Shown one piece after another: positions 19,918 through 28,580 of a DNA stretch of 64,000 nucleotides. The notes beneath the pieces were generated by a model. It worked only from the letters and a program-made list of their open reading frames with translations. It did no database searches and was not told where the DNA came from. Made by a program: the position numbers and the translations under genes. Within the stretch, counting starts at the first letter, position 1, and every line of letters starts with the position of its first letter. This DNA is from an uncultured Rhodobiaceae bacterium (GTDB taxonomy: Bacteria; Pseudomonadota; Alphaproteobacteria; Rhizobiales; TMED25): contig CAJWPC010000003.1 in the NCBI GenBank assembly GCA_913045225.1, positions 30,705 to 94,704 of the forward strand, written 5' to 3'.

Positions 19918-20357
19918 GGCAGCCCTTCGAATTTCCATCCATTCACATTAGCCCGATGATGAGACTCGTCGGGATCACCCTCAAACCCTGATGCGATATT
20001 ATAACAATTGATCCAGCCGTATTGTGCCATCAACGCCGCGGCCCTTGCGCTTCGGGCGCCAGAACGACATAAAAAAACTATATGGCGTTGTTTATTAGGA
20101 GACTCTTCAATTATGGCCTCTTCAAGCTCAGCAACGAAGTTCTCATTCAAATTACCGCTAGGAAAAAACTGCTGTTCGATGTTAATAAACGTTTTTTTTA
20201 GCGACGAGAGGTCCGGGTACCCAACATAATTTAATTCAGCTTGGGTTCGCACATCAACAAGTAAACTATCATTATAAGATTCTAGTATGGACCAAGCCGT
20301 TTTTGGATCAATGTCCCCTGCGTATTCTACTGTATTGTTGATTGTATCGATATGCAT
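19902..20357 (-). CDS. Single-domain rhodanese-like sulfurtransferase
   Basis: 151 aa. Active-site loop FLCRSGARSARAA and the conserved C-terminal GFEG...HR..VNGWK..GLPW.Q. Confidence 0.85.
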   Translation of the reverse strand: MHIDTINNTVEYAGDIDPKTAWSILESYNDSLLVDVRTQAELNYVGYPDLSSLKKTFINIEQQFFPSGNLNENFVAELEEAIIEESPNKQRHIVFLCRSGARSARAAALMAQYGWINCYNIASGFEGDPDESHHRANVNGWKFEGLPWIQQ

Positions 20358-20470
20358 TTGACTCTTGATCCCTATCTAGAATGATATTTTTAGTAATAAC
20401 ACTCGGATAATCCGTTGAAATTATCATGATTACTATATGTAAATATAAATTTGTTGGAAAGTCTATTTTT

Positions 20471-20494
20471 ATATGTTCAGTATACTGAATATAT
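20471..20494. repeat. Palindrome in the long spacer upstream of rhodanese-dnaA (candidate operator or promoter element)
   Basis: Perfect 14-bp palindrome TTCAGTATACTGAA at 20476-20489. It extends to 24 bp (ATATgTTCAGTATACTGAAtATAT) with one mismatched pair. Confidence 0.4.
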
Positions 20495-20797
20495 AAATTT
20501 TATAAAATAAACTTATCAATCAATATTTATAAATACTGACAACTGACTGTAGAACAATAATAAATTTAAATTACGATTTGCGTAGGTTTAATTAGAAATT
20601 TTATTTGAAATTCTACGATTTTTTTTTTAAAAAATGAATAATCTCTATACCTTTTTTTATGACTTTGACACTTTAATTATAAGTTATTGAAATAGAATAA
20701 TAATTTAGAAGCATAAAATAAGGTTGAAATATTCAATAGATACTCCAAAAAAAAATTTACAACTTTGCTAAGTTAGTAATTGCAAATTAGATATTTT

Positions 20798-21058
20798 TTA
20801 TGAGTTTATTAGTTTTTTTGTGAGACGTGATATCTTTCTTGAGGCCATTTTTTTGTTAAATGCTCCTTTTTGTGCGCCTCTCATGAGTTGCTTCTCAGCA
20901 TTTAGGAGTGCTACCTTAGCATTTTGCTTATCACCAGCTTCGATACTCGCTTCTGCTTTTTTAACAAATGTGCGAACCATACTTCTTCTCATCTTATTGA
21001 TGAGAGTGCGTCTTTCAATCTTACGCACCATTTTTTTTGCTGATTTTGTATTTGCCAA
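20798..21058 (-). CDS. rpsT: 30S ribosomal protein S20
   Basis: 86 aa. MANTKSAKK..RK.ERR...N...RS.VRT..KK is typical S20. The start codon is TTG (21058-21056), preceded by AAGGA. Confidence 0.95.
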   Translation of the reverse strand: MANTKSAKKMVRKIERRTLINKMRRSMVRTFVKKAEASIEAGDKQNAKVALLNAEKQLMRGAQKGAFNKKMASRKISRLTKKLINS

Positions 21059-21128
21059 CTTTACATTCCTTTTGATTAGTACCTGAATATATAGAGATTG
21101 AATGATATTCAGTCAACTCAATAATGCA

Positions 21129-21875
21129 TTAATTTTTGAATTGAGGTTTCCGTCTTTCAAGAAAAGCGTTCATTCCTTCAATACCGTTGGCACCTCTCAG
21201 TAATTTCATGAATTCATTTTTTTCAGTAATTAGTCCGTCTGATAGATTATAACAAGTATCCTTAATTAATTTTTTTGTTGAAATTATTGCATCCATTGGA
21301 TTTAAGGATATTATATCAGCAAGTTGGAGTGCGTTTTTTATTAATTCACCAGTGTCGTAGATGTGATTAATGAGACCAATATCTTTTGCCTCCTCCGCTG
21401 TAATAGAATTTCCTGTCAAACACATCTCCATTGCCATTCCCTTCCCAATCTTCCATGGCAGCCGCTGTGTACCGCCACCTCCACAAATAAGTCCCAAGCT
21501 GATTTCTGGTTGCGCAAATTTTGCCTCTTTTGATGCTAGAATAATATCACACATTAATAGTAATTCATTGCCACCACCAAAAGCTATACCGTTTACTGCA
21601 GCAATTATAGGTTTTTTTACAGTATCAATGAACTCCCATGACCTAATGAAGTCTGGATTAGACGCAAGTTCATGTATGTCAGCGCCTGCACTAAAGTTTT
21701 CCGACCCAGAAATTACGACGCACTTAATTAATTCTGATTGGTCGCATTCTTTTAGCGCATCTATAAGTTCATCAGTCAGCTCAGAGTTTAGCGCGTTATA
21801 TTTATTCTTTCTGTTGAGAATTATGTGCATCACAAGATCATTATATTTCTCAATTAGAATATTTTTATATTTCAT
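21129..21875 (-). CDS. Enoyl-CoA hydratase/isomerase (crotonase) family protein
   Basis: 248 aa. Crotonase-fold motifs FSAGADIHEL and AAVNGIAFGGGNELLLMCDIILAS. Conserved position between mutM and rpsT. Confidence 0.85.
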   Translation of the reverse strand: MKYKNILIEKYNDLVMHIILNRKNKYNALNSELTDELIDALKECDQSELIKCVVISGSENFSAGADIHELASNPDFIRSWEFIDTVKKPIIAAVNGIAFGGGNELLLMCDIILASKEAKFAQPEISLGLICGGGGTQRLPWKIGKGMAMEMCLTGNSITAEEAKDIGLINHIYDTGELIKNALQLADIISLNPMDAIISTKKLIKDTCYNLSDGLITEKNEFMKLLRGANGIEGMNAFLERRKPQFKN

Positions 21876-22723
21876 CTATTTCTCATTTTTTGGCATTTTG
21901 TGCAGTAAAAAGTAGATCTCCCTGTCTGAACAATTTTTTTTATTTTTGCGTCACAATTTTGACTGTTACATGTCATATTTTCTCTATTATATACATTAAA
22001 CTTATATTGAAAATAGCCACTCTCACCTTTTAAGTTTTTATGGTCCTTTATCGTTGACCCACCGACCTTAATAGCATCATGCAATATAAATTTAATGGAT
22101 GAAATTAGATCACCAGTTTTTATTTTATTTTTCACCACTTTTCTTGACTCCATCATTGGCGATATTTTTGCTCTAAACAATGCTTCAGATGCATAGATAT
22201 TTCCTATACCACCCACGATCTTCTGATTTAATAGTGCGCTTTTAATGTTGGTAATTCTATTTTTTAGAGATTCTTGTAAATATTTTGTATCAAATTCATC
22301 ACTTAAGGCGTCGGGACCTAATTCTGCTTTAAGTTTTTTAATTTCACCTTTTTGCGGGTTTATTAGTTTAAAAAAACCAAACTTCCTTATATCAACGTAG
22401 TCGATTTCTGAATAATCAGACATTTTGAACCTCAATCGCACATGTTTATTATCATTATGGCCCATTTTTTGAGCATTTATTAAAAAATTCCCGGTCATTC
22501 CGAGGTGAATAAGTAGAGAATAATCATTCTCAAGTCCAACAATAATATATTTTGCAATTCTGCTTATGTTAGTGACGCGTTGATTTTTTATACTTTCTGC
22601 TAAATTATGTGGTATTTTATATCTGAGTTTGTTGGTAAAGACTTCTATGGAATGGAAAGTTTTATCTACTAAGTAATCTGATAGATTATTTTTAATTATT
22701 TCCACTTCAGGTAATTCAGGCAT
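21872..22723 (-). CDS. mutM: Formamidopyrimidine-DNA glycosylase (Fpg/MutM)
   Basis: MPELPEVE N-terminus. The catalytic Pro must be residue 2, so ATG 22723 is the real start and ORF-track TTG 22738 is an extension. C-terminal zinc finger CNSQNC...GRSTFYCTKCQ. The stop overlaps the echA ATG (ATGA). Confidence 0.92.
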   Translation of the reverse strand: MPELPEVEIIKNNLSDYLVDKTFHSIEVFTNKLRYKIPHNLAESIKNQRVTNISRIAKYIIVGLENDYSLLIHLGMTGNFLINAQKMGHNDNKHVRLRFKMSDYSEIDYVDIRKFGFFKLINPQKGEIKKLKAELGPDALSDEFDTKYLQESLKNRITNIKSALLNQKIVGGIGNIYASEALFRAKISPMMESRKVVKNKIKTGDLISSIKFILHDAIKVGGSTIKDHKNLKGESGYFQYKFNVYNRENMTCNSQNCDAKIKKIVQTGRSTFYCTKCQKMRNR

Positions 22724-22785
22724 TTTATCAATAATCAAATATTTTTAGTATTTCACATTTATAAACAAAGCACTAAATAGTAGAT

Positions 22786-23547
22786 ATGGCAAATAATAAA
22801 AAATACTTTTTTGGGGATACCGAAGTATCGAAGGAAGAGAAAGTAAAAAAGGTTAACGAAGTCTTCGACTCTGTCGCAAAAAGGTACGACATCATGAATG
22901 ATATTTTATCATTGGGTGCACATCGTCTCTGGAAGGAAATTCTAGTTAACTCAATATCAAATATAATATCTTCCAGAAAAGAATTTTGTTACTTAGACTT
23001 GGCTTGTGGAACAGGAGATATAGGGTACAAGTTATTAGATAAGAAATTAAAAAATATTAATGTATTAATGATGGATATTAATGAAAAAATGCTTGAGCAG
23101 GCAACAAAAAGAAAGGAATACCGTGAGCATAAGAAAAACATAGATTTTATAGTTTCAGACGCAGAAAATATACCGCTCGCCAGTAACTCAATTGATTGTA
23201 TAGCAATTGCTTTTGGTATAAGAAATGTTGCATCAATAGAAAACGCTCTACTCGAAATAAATAGGGTTCTAAAGTGCGGGGGAAAATTTCTTTGTTTGGA
23301 ATTCTCCAATGTGGAAGTTCCCTTATTAAAAAAATTTTATAGCTTTTACTCAAAAAATATAATTCCGGAGATTGGAAGCTATGTAGTGAAAGATCGAAGA
23401 TCATATCAATACCTCGTTGAGAGTATTGAACGATTTCCAAAGCAAGATGAGTTAACTGACTTATTTACAAAGTCAGGATTTATTAATTCTAAATATACAA
23501 ACTTATCTGGAGGTATTGCATGCATCCACTCAGGATGGAAAATGTAA
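22786..23547 (+). CDS. ubiE: Ubiquinone/menaquinone biosynthesis C-methyltransferase
   Basis: VFDSVAKRYDIMNDILSLGAHRLWK and the SAM motif LDLACGTGD. Confidence 0.94.
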   Translation: MANNKKYFFGDTEVSKEEKVKKVNEVFDSVAKRYDIMNDILSLGAHRLWKEILVNSISNIISSRKEFCYLDLACGTGDIGYKLLDKKLKNINVLMMDINEKMLEQATKRKEYREHKKNIDFIVSDAENIPLASNSIDCIAIAFGIRNVASIENALLEINRVLKCGGKFLCLEFSNVEVPLLKKFYSFYSKNIIPEIGSYVVKDRRSYQYLVESIERFPKQDELTDLFTKSGFINSKYTNLSGGIACIHSGWKM

Positions 23548-23557
23548 GAAAAGATTT

Positions 23558-25069
23558 ATGCGTTACTTCACACACTTATTTCAGATTATAAAAGTTGGTT
23601 ATTTATTCTCTAGATGTGAAATTCCAGATAACTTTCTTCCTAAAAACAACAAGTCTTTACTAAATAAACTATTGAATTATAATAAAAAAAAGAAGAAAAC
23701 ATTCAGTAGTACACTTGAAAGTTTGGGGCCAGCCTATATTAAACTCGGACAATTTCTTGCTACAAGACCAGATATAATTGGTTCAAAATTTGCAAAAGAA
23801 TTAGCAAATCTCCAAGACGATCTTCCAAAGTTTGATAAAAAAATTTCTGAGGAGATTATCCAGTCGGAGTTCAATACAAACATCCAAAATGTCTTTGCTG
23901 AATTTGATGCGCCAATAGCAGCTGCATCAATAGCACAGGTCCATACCGGAAAATTATCAGATAACCAAAAAGTTGCCGTGAAAATCGTGAGACCGAATAT
24001 TGAGGAAAAGTTTAATAAGGATTTTGACTTCTTTTATTTTCTTGCTGACTTTATGGAAAGGTTTAATTCGGATCTCAAAAGACTGAGATTTAAAGAGTCA
24101 ATAAAAACAATGCAGAGGTCGGTTCAAATGGAGATGGATCTTAGGTATGAAGCCGCTGCAATCTCTGAAATAAATACAAACATGAATGAAAATGATGAGT
24201 ATGTTGTTCCAAAAATATTCTGGGAGAAAACCACAAAAAAAATACTCACTATTGAATGGGTAGACGGAATATCAGTCAGAGACAGAGAAAAATTGATTGA
24301 AAAAAAATATGATCTAAAGGATTTGGCAAGAATAATAATTCAGTCATTTTTAACTCAAGCTTTAAGAAATGGATTTTTCCACGCAGACATGCATCAGGGT
24401 AATCTCTTGATTAACGAGGAGGGTAAACTCGTCATATTAGATTTTGGTATAATGGGAAGATTGGGTGAAAAGGAACAAAATTTTCTTGCAGAGATTTTAT
24501 GGGGTCTTATCACAAAAAACTACAAAAGAGCGGCAGAGGTTCACTTTGAGGCTGGTTATGTACCTGATGACCAAAAGCTTGATGAATTCAGCCAAGCATT
24601 GAGAGCTATTGGAGAACCATTATCTGGGAAGAATGCAAATGATATTTCCATGGCAAATGTATTAACTCAATTATTTGAAGTTACCGAACAATTTAATATG
24701 GAAACAAGGCCAGAGCTTTTACTGTTACAAAAAACGATGGTAGTTACAGAGGGTGTTGCAAGGGATCTGGATCCCAAGCTAAATATGTGGGATATTGCTG
24801 AGCCCATTGTGAAAAAATGGATGGAAGATAAAATATCACCCGATACGAAGATAAAGCAGGGAATTGAGGGTTTATCTAGGTTCGGCGTTGCTATCAGCGA
24901 GTTCCCCAACTTTTTAAGTGATGCAAGGAAAACGAACGAGACTTTTAATAGGTTTCTTGAAGAAAGCCAATCTAGAAGTAGACAGAGTCAAAATTACTTT
25001 AAGAGAAATAGTTTTTGGATTATAACAGTTGTAGCTTTGATCTCATTGGTAATTTTGATCACTGGATAA
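23558..25069 (+). CDS. ubiB: Ubiquinone biosynthesis regulatory kinase-like protein UbiB (ABC1/AarF family)
   Basis: LGPAYIKLGQFLATRPD, AAASIAQVH and FHADMHQGNL motifs, with a C-terminal TM segment. The ORF track starts at TTG 23516 inside ubiE. ATG 23558 lies 10 nt after the ubiE stop and is more likely. Confidence 0.92.
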   Translation: MRYFTHLFQIIKVGYLFSRCEIPDNFLPKNNKSLLNKLLNYNKKKKKTFSSTLESLGPAYIKLGQFLATRPDIIGSKFAKELANLQDDLPKFDKKISEEIIQSEFNTNIQNVFAEFDAPIAAASIAQVHTGKLSDNQKVAVKIVRPNIEEKFNKDFDFFYFLADFMERFNSDLKRLRFKESIKTMQRSVQMEMDLRYEAAAISEINTNMNENDEYVVPKIFWEKTTKKILTIEWVDGISVRDREKLIEKKYDLKDLARIIIQSFLTQALRNGFFHADMHQGNLLINEEGKLVILDFGIMGRLGEKEQNFLAEILWGLITKNYKRAAEVHFEAGYVPDDQKLDEFSQALRAIGEPLSGKNANDISMANVLTQLFEVTEQFNMETRPELLLLQKTMVVTEGVARDLDPKLNMWDIAEPIVKKWMEDKISPDTKIKQGIEGLSRFGVAISEFPNFLSDARKTNETFNRFLEESQSRSRQSQNYFKRNSFWIITVVALISLVILITG

Positions 25070-25072
25070 AAA

Positions 25073-26272
25073 ATGCAAGAACTAAAAAATAAAAAAATAC
25101 TACTTATAATTGGCGGAGGCATCGCTGCCTATAAGAGTCTTGAATTGATAAGATCCCTGAAAAAGTATGGATCACAATTAGAAGTTATACTCACAAGTTC
25201 TGGCAGGAAGTTTGTTACTGAATTGAGTGTTTCACAGCTTGCGGAGCGAGAAGTTCATACAGATCTATTTGATTTCAAGAGTGAGCTTAAAATGGGACAT
25301 ATAAATCTGTCGAGAAATGCTGACATAATACTTGTTGCGCCCGCAACGGCCAATTTCATATCACGTCTAGCACATGGGAGGGCTGATGAACTAGCCACGG
25401 CCACACTGCTCGCATCGAACAAACCAATAATCATAGTTCCCGCCATGAATCCACAAATGTGGAATAATCCAGCAACGCAAAAAAACCTAATGAGCATAAA
25501 AAAGTTTGGCTACTACTTTTGTGGGCCTGAAGTCGGTGAGACCGCTTGTGGAGAAAATGGAATGGGTAGAATGGAGGAGCCAGGATCGATTGTTCACTAT
25601 ATTAATGAGTATTTTTTAAAAAAAAATAAACTTAAGAATAGAAAAGCTTTCGTAACAGCCGGTCCGACTATTGAGCCAATTGATCCTGTGAGATATATAT
25701 CAAACAATTCTTCAGGAAAACAGGGATACGCAATAGCTTCTGCGCTCTCGAGATACGGAGCCAACACAACATTAATCAGTGGCCCCTCATTTGAGAAAGC
25801 TCCAGAAGGAGTCGAGTTGATTAAAGTTAAAACTGCAATTGAGATGTTAGATGCCGTAAAAAGCTGCTCTCCTTCGGATATTGGTATTTTTGCGGCTGCA
25901 GTCGTGGACTGGAAGATCAAAGAATACAAAGACCACAAAATCAAAAAAAACGGATATGATAGAAAGCTGGAGTTTATTGAAAATGTTAGTGTTATCCAGG
26001 GTGTTGTGAAAAATAATAGCCTCAAGCCAAAATTATCCATTGGATTTGCTGCCGAAACAGAAAATATTTATGAAAATGCAAAAGAAAAACACTCAAAAAA
26101 TGATTTAGATTGGCTTCTAGCAAATGATGTTTCAGAAAATCAAGAAGTTTTTAATGGTGACTATAATAGTATAGTTTTTTTTGAAAGATCAGGGTCAGAG
26201 ACATGGCAGAGGATGCCAAAAGTTGACGTTGCAGAAAAGTTAGTGAATAAAATTAGTGAATATTTTCAGTAA
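25073..26272 (+). CDS. coaBC: Bifunctional phosphopantothenoylcysteine decarboxylase / phosphopantothenate-cysteine ligase
   Basis: 399 aa. Flavoprotein domain GGGIAAYK and PAMNPQMW. Ligase domain ISNNSSGKQG. Confidence 0.95.
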   Translation: MQELKNKKILLIIGGGIAAYKSLELIRSLKKYGSQLEVILTSSGRKFVTELSVSQLAEREVHTDLFDFKSELKMGHINLSRNADIILVAPATANFISRLAHGRADELATATLLASNKPIIIVPAMNPQMWNNPATQKNLMSIKKFGYYFCGPEVGETACGENGMGRMEEPGSIVHYINEYFLKKNKLKNRKAFVTAGPTIEPIDPVRYISNNSSGKQGYAIASALSRYGANTTLISGPSFEKAPEGVELIKVKTAIEMLDAVKSCSPSDIGIFAAAVVDWKIKEYKDHKIKKNGYDRKLEFIENVSVIQGVVKNNSLKPKLSIGFAAETENIYENAKEKHSKNDLDWLLANDVSENQEVFNGDYNSIVFFERSGSETWQRMPKVDVAEKLVNKISEYFQ

Positions 26273-26277
26273 CCATT

Positions 26278-26739
26278 ATGGAAAAGAAGATTGAGATTAA
26301 CTTTTTGGATGTTTCAAAGTCCGGCTGCGAAGAGTTTCCCAAGTACCAGACAATAGGCGCATCCGGTCTTGACCTTGCCGCGAGTCCAGATTTAGGCAAG
26401 AGTGGAATAGAAATTGAGCCAGGTGAGTGGGATTTAATCCCCACAGGAATAGCAATTGAACTCCCAAAGGGTCTTGAGGCACAAATTAGGCCACGATCGA
26501 GTATCGCATTTAAAAATGGGGTAACTTTATTAAATTCACCGGGTACTATTGACAGTGATTATCGAGGTGAGATTAAAATCATACTTATAAACCACGGTAA
26601 GGAAACATTCACAGTAAAACCAGGCGATAGAATTGCACAAATGGTAATTACAAGGATTGAGCGTGTGAATTTAAAGAAAAGTGAGTTCATAGCTAAAACA
26701 ATTCGTGGCAGTGGTGGTTTTGGTTCTACAGGGATTTGA
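26278..26739 (+). CDS. dut: dUTP diphosphatase
   Basis: GASGLDL, RPRSS, NSPGTIDSDYRGE and RGSGGFGSTG motifs. Confidence 0.95.
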   Translation: MEKKIEINFLDVSKSGCEEFPKYQTIGASGLDLAASPDLGKSGIEIEPGEWDLIPTGIAIELPKGLEAQIRPRSSIAFKNGVTLLNSPGTIDSDYRGEIKIILINHGKETFTVKPGDRIAQMVITRIERVNLKKSEFIAKTIRGSGGFGSTGI

Positions 26740-26740
26740 A

Positions 26741-27493
26741 ATGCTAGGTAATATTGAGCATACGCAAATGAGTGACCAAGAATTAGAGAGGTATTCAAAA
26801 CAAATTCTTATAAAAAACATCGGTGGTGTTGGTCAAAAGAAGCTCAAATCATCAAAGGTTCTTGTAATTGGTTTAGGAGGACTCGGGTCGCCTGTGGTTA
26901 CCCATCTCACCAGTTCAGGTATTGGGAAGATAGGACTTGTCGACAATGATAAAGTTGATTTATCGAATTTACAAAGGCAATTTATTCACAGTGTAGATAC
27001 AATTGGCCTGAATAAAACTGAGAGCGCAAAAATTTTTATTGATAGACTTAATCCGAATTCGATAATCTACAATTATTCAACCGATGCAAAAACAGCAGAA
27101 ATTATTGAGATTATTAGACAATATGATGTTGTCATCGATTGCACGGATAACTTCAAAACAAGGTTTAAAGTTGCTGATGCTTGTCAGAAATATATGAAGC
27201 CTTATATCTTGGGAGCAGTGAGAGCGTATGAGGGGCAAATAACAACTATTCTTCCGTCAACATCGAAAATAAAAAATCCTAAAATACGAGACTTATTTGA
27301 TGAGGAAAATATTTCTAACACCGGGGATGATTGTTCAGACATTGGAGTTCTATCTGTAACTACAACTCTTGTTGGAACAATTATGGCTTCTGAGTGCTTA
27401 AAACTAATACTAAATATTGATGAAGTCTTAGTTGGTAAAATGCTAATGGTTGATTTGCTTAATTTGAAATTTGAAACTATAAAATACAAATAA
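26741..27493 (+). CDS. ThiF/MoeB/HesA-family adenylyltransferase (E1-like)
   Basis: RYSKQIL...GGVGQKKL..SKVLVIGLGGLGSP...DNDKVDLSNLQRQ is the ThiF/MoeB nucleotide-binding signature. ATG 26741 directly follows the dut TGA. The ORF-track start 26705 overlaps dut. Confidence 0.85.
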   Translation: MLGNIEHTQMSDQELERYSKQILIKNIGGVGQKKLKSSKVLVIGLGGLGSPVVTHLTSSGIGKIGLVDNDKVDLSNLQRQFIHSVDTIGLNKTESAKIFIDRLNPNSIIYNYSTDAKTAEIIEIIRQYDVVIDCTDNFKTRFKVADACQKYMKPYILGAVRAYEGQITTILPSTSKIKNPKIRDLFDEENISNTGDDCSDIGVLSVTTTLVGTIMASECLKLILNIDEVLVGKMLMVDLLNLKFETIKYK

Positions 27494-27494
27494 T

Positions 27495-28076
27495 ATGATC
27501 GTAAAATTACTCTCAAGAAGGTTTCTTATTTTTATTTTAATTGCTATATTTCTAGCATTTGTCTCGTACAAAGTTTTTAAGAGCGCCTTTCAAGAATTTG
27601 AGGACACGGTTGTAGACAGTTCAGCTTACACGACCCATGATAGCAATTATAAATTTAAAAGCTTAAGATCGGGTAAGACTAATGTAAGAATTGGCCCATC
27701 TTTAGAACATAATATTCTCTGGACCTATCAGAAAAAAGGTCTTCCAATAGAAATACTGGAAGATATACAGGGGTGGAGTAAAATTAGAGATTATCAAGCT
27801 AAGTCAGGATGGATAAAAAATACATTAATTGCGACAAATAGAACTGGTATCATCTCCCCATGGAGAATTACTGAGAATAATCCAAATTTTGAGAATTTAT
27901 ATAAACATTCAGATAAAAAAGAAATAAATATAAAGCTCGAGTCCGGTGTTCTTGTTAGCATTCTTAGCTGTGATGGTGAACAATGCCTCATAAAAACACA
28001 AGATAAAGAGGGTTGGATAGATCAGGACCTTATTTTTGGTGTTTATATCGACGAGGTGATAGTATTGAGAGAGTAA
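27495..28076 (+). CDS. SH3b-like (DUF1058-type) domain protein with an N-terminal membrane anchor
   Basis: 193 aa. TM segment FLIFILIAIFLAFVSY, then two SH3-like segments (NVRIGPS..HNILWTYQKKGLPIEILEDIQGWSKIRD..GWI, and a second ending CLIKTQDKEGWIDQDLI). Confidence 0.65.
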   Translation: MIVKLLSRRFLIFILIAIFLAFVSYKVFKSAFQEFEDTVVDSSAYTTHDSNYKFKSLRSGKTNVRIGPSLEHNILWTYQKKGLPIEILEDIQGWSKIRDYQAKSGWIKNTLIATNRTGIISPWRITENNPNFENLYKHSDKKEINIKLESGVLVSILSCDGEQCLIKTQDKEGWIDQDLIFGVYIDEVIVLRE

Positions 28077-28084
28077 TCCAAATC

Positions 28085-28519
28085 TCATTCATCACATAGG
28101 TTAATAATTAAATCTATGGATTTTATCTTTTTTCCTGGGGGAATTTTTGAGGGTGATAACGCTATCTTCACATCTTCCGCAGCTACATCCTCAATTTTAT
28201 TCTGGCTCCTAATATGATAATGATGAGCTGTATTTCTATCAAAGAATGTTTTTTGGTTATCTACTTGAAGAGTTTTGATTAGTCCGTTTTGTGAAAAGTG
28301 ATTGAGTGTATTGTAAACAGTTGCAAGAGACACTTTTAGATCACCCTGTTTTGTCTCATCATGCAATTCTTCAGCAGTGAAATGTCCTTGTGGTAGATTA
28401 AATAATATTCCTGCCAGATACACGCGTTGTCTGGTTATTTTTATGTCCGCTTTTCGCAGCATGCCCATAATACAAATTTTATTCACGTGCATTTCTGTAT
28501 CTTTTGTTAAGTTTTGCAT
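28085..28519 (-). CDS. irr: Fur-family transcriptional regulator, Irr (iron response regulator) type
   Basis: 144 aa. KITRQRVYLAGILF, HFTAEELHDE...VSLATVYNTLNHFSQNGL and FFDRNTAHHYH (His-rich motif) resemble rhizobial Irr. Divergent from fabA, as in other alphaproteobacteria. Start uncertain (in-frame Met also at 28492 and 28468). Confidence 0.75.
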   Translation of the reverse strand: MQNLTKDTEMHVNKICIMGMLRKADIKITRQRVYLAGILFNLPQGHFTAEELHDETKQGDLKVSLATVYNTLNHFSQNGLIKTLQVDNQKTFFDRNTAHHYHIRSQNKIEDVAAEDVKIALSPSKIPPGKKIKSIDLIINLCDE

Positions 28520-28561
28520 AATATGTAATCTTGATATATATTAGGGTTACTTTTGTTATCC

Positions 28562-28580
28562 TAAATTTATAATAAATTTA
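28562..28580. promoter_or_regulatory. Perfect 19-bp (9-1-9) palindrome in the irr-fabA divergent promoter region; candidate operator
   Basis: TAAATTTAT-A-ATAAATTTA. All nine pairs are complementary. It ends 28 nt upstream of the fabA ATG (28609). The geometry matches Fur-family operators, but the sequence matches the classical Fur box at only about 11 of 19 positions. Confidence 0.35.

Noticed and set aside
20581-20630. A hairpin-like CGTAG...CTACG followed by a T10 run on the plus strand, considered as a possible terminator or sRNA 3' end.
   Set aside because: The stem is only 5 bp, with a 27-nt loop and poor internal pairing. There is no plus-strand gene upstream, and T-runs are common in this composition.
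20634-20690. An 18-codon ORF (MNNLYTFFYDFDTLIISY) inside the long spacer.
   Set aside because: It has no Shine-Dalgarno sequence. It is too short and low in complexity to support, and ORFs of this length are expected by chance.
20358-20797. Calling the 440-bp spacer the chromosomal origin (oriC).
   Set aside because: I could find no 8/9 or 9/9 DnaA boxes and no box cluster, only 6/9 matches that are expected by chance in AT-rich DNA. There is no TTAA-N7-TTAA site. The conserved alphaproteobacterial origin position (hemE/RP001) would be off the left edge. The spacer is kept as a finding, but not called as oriC.
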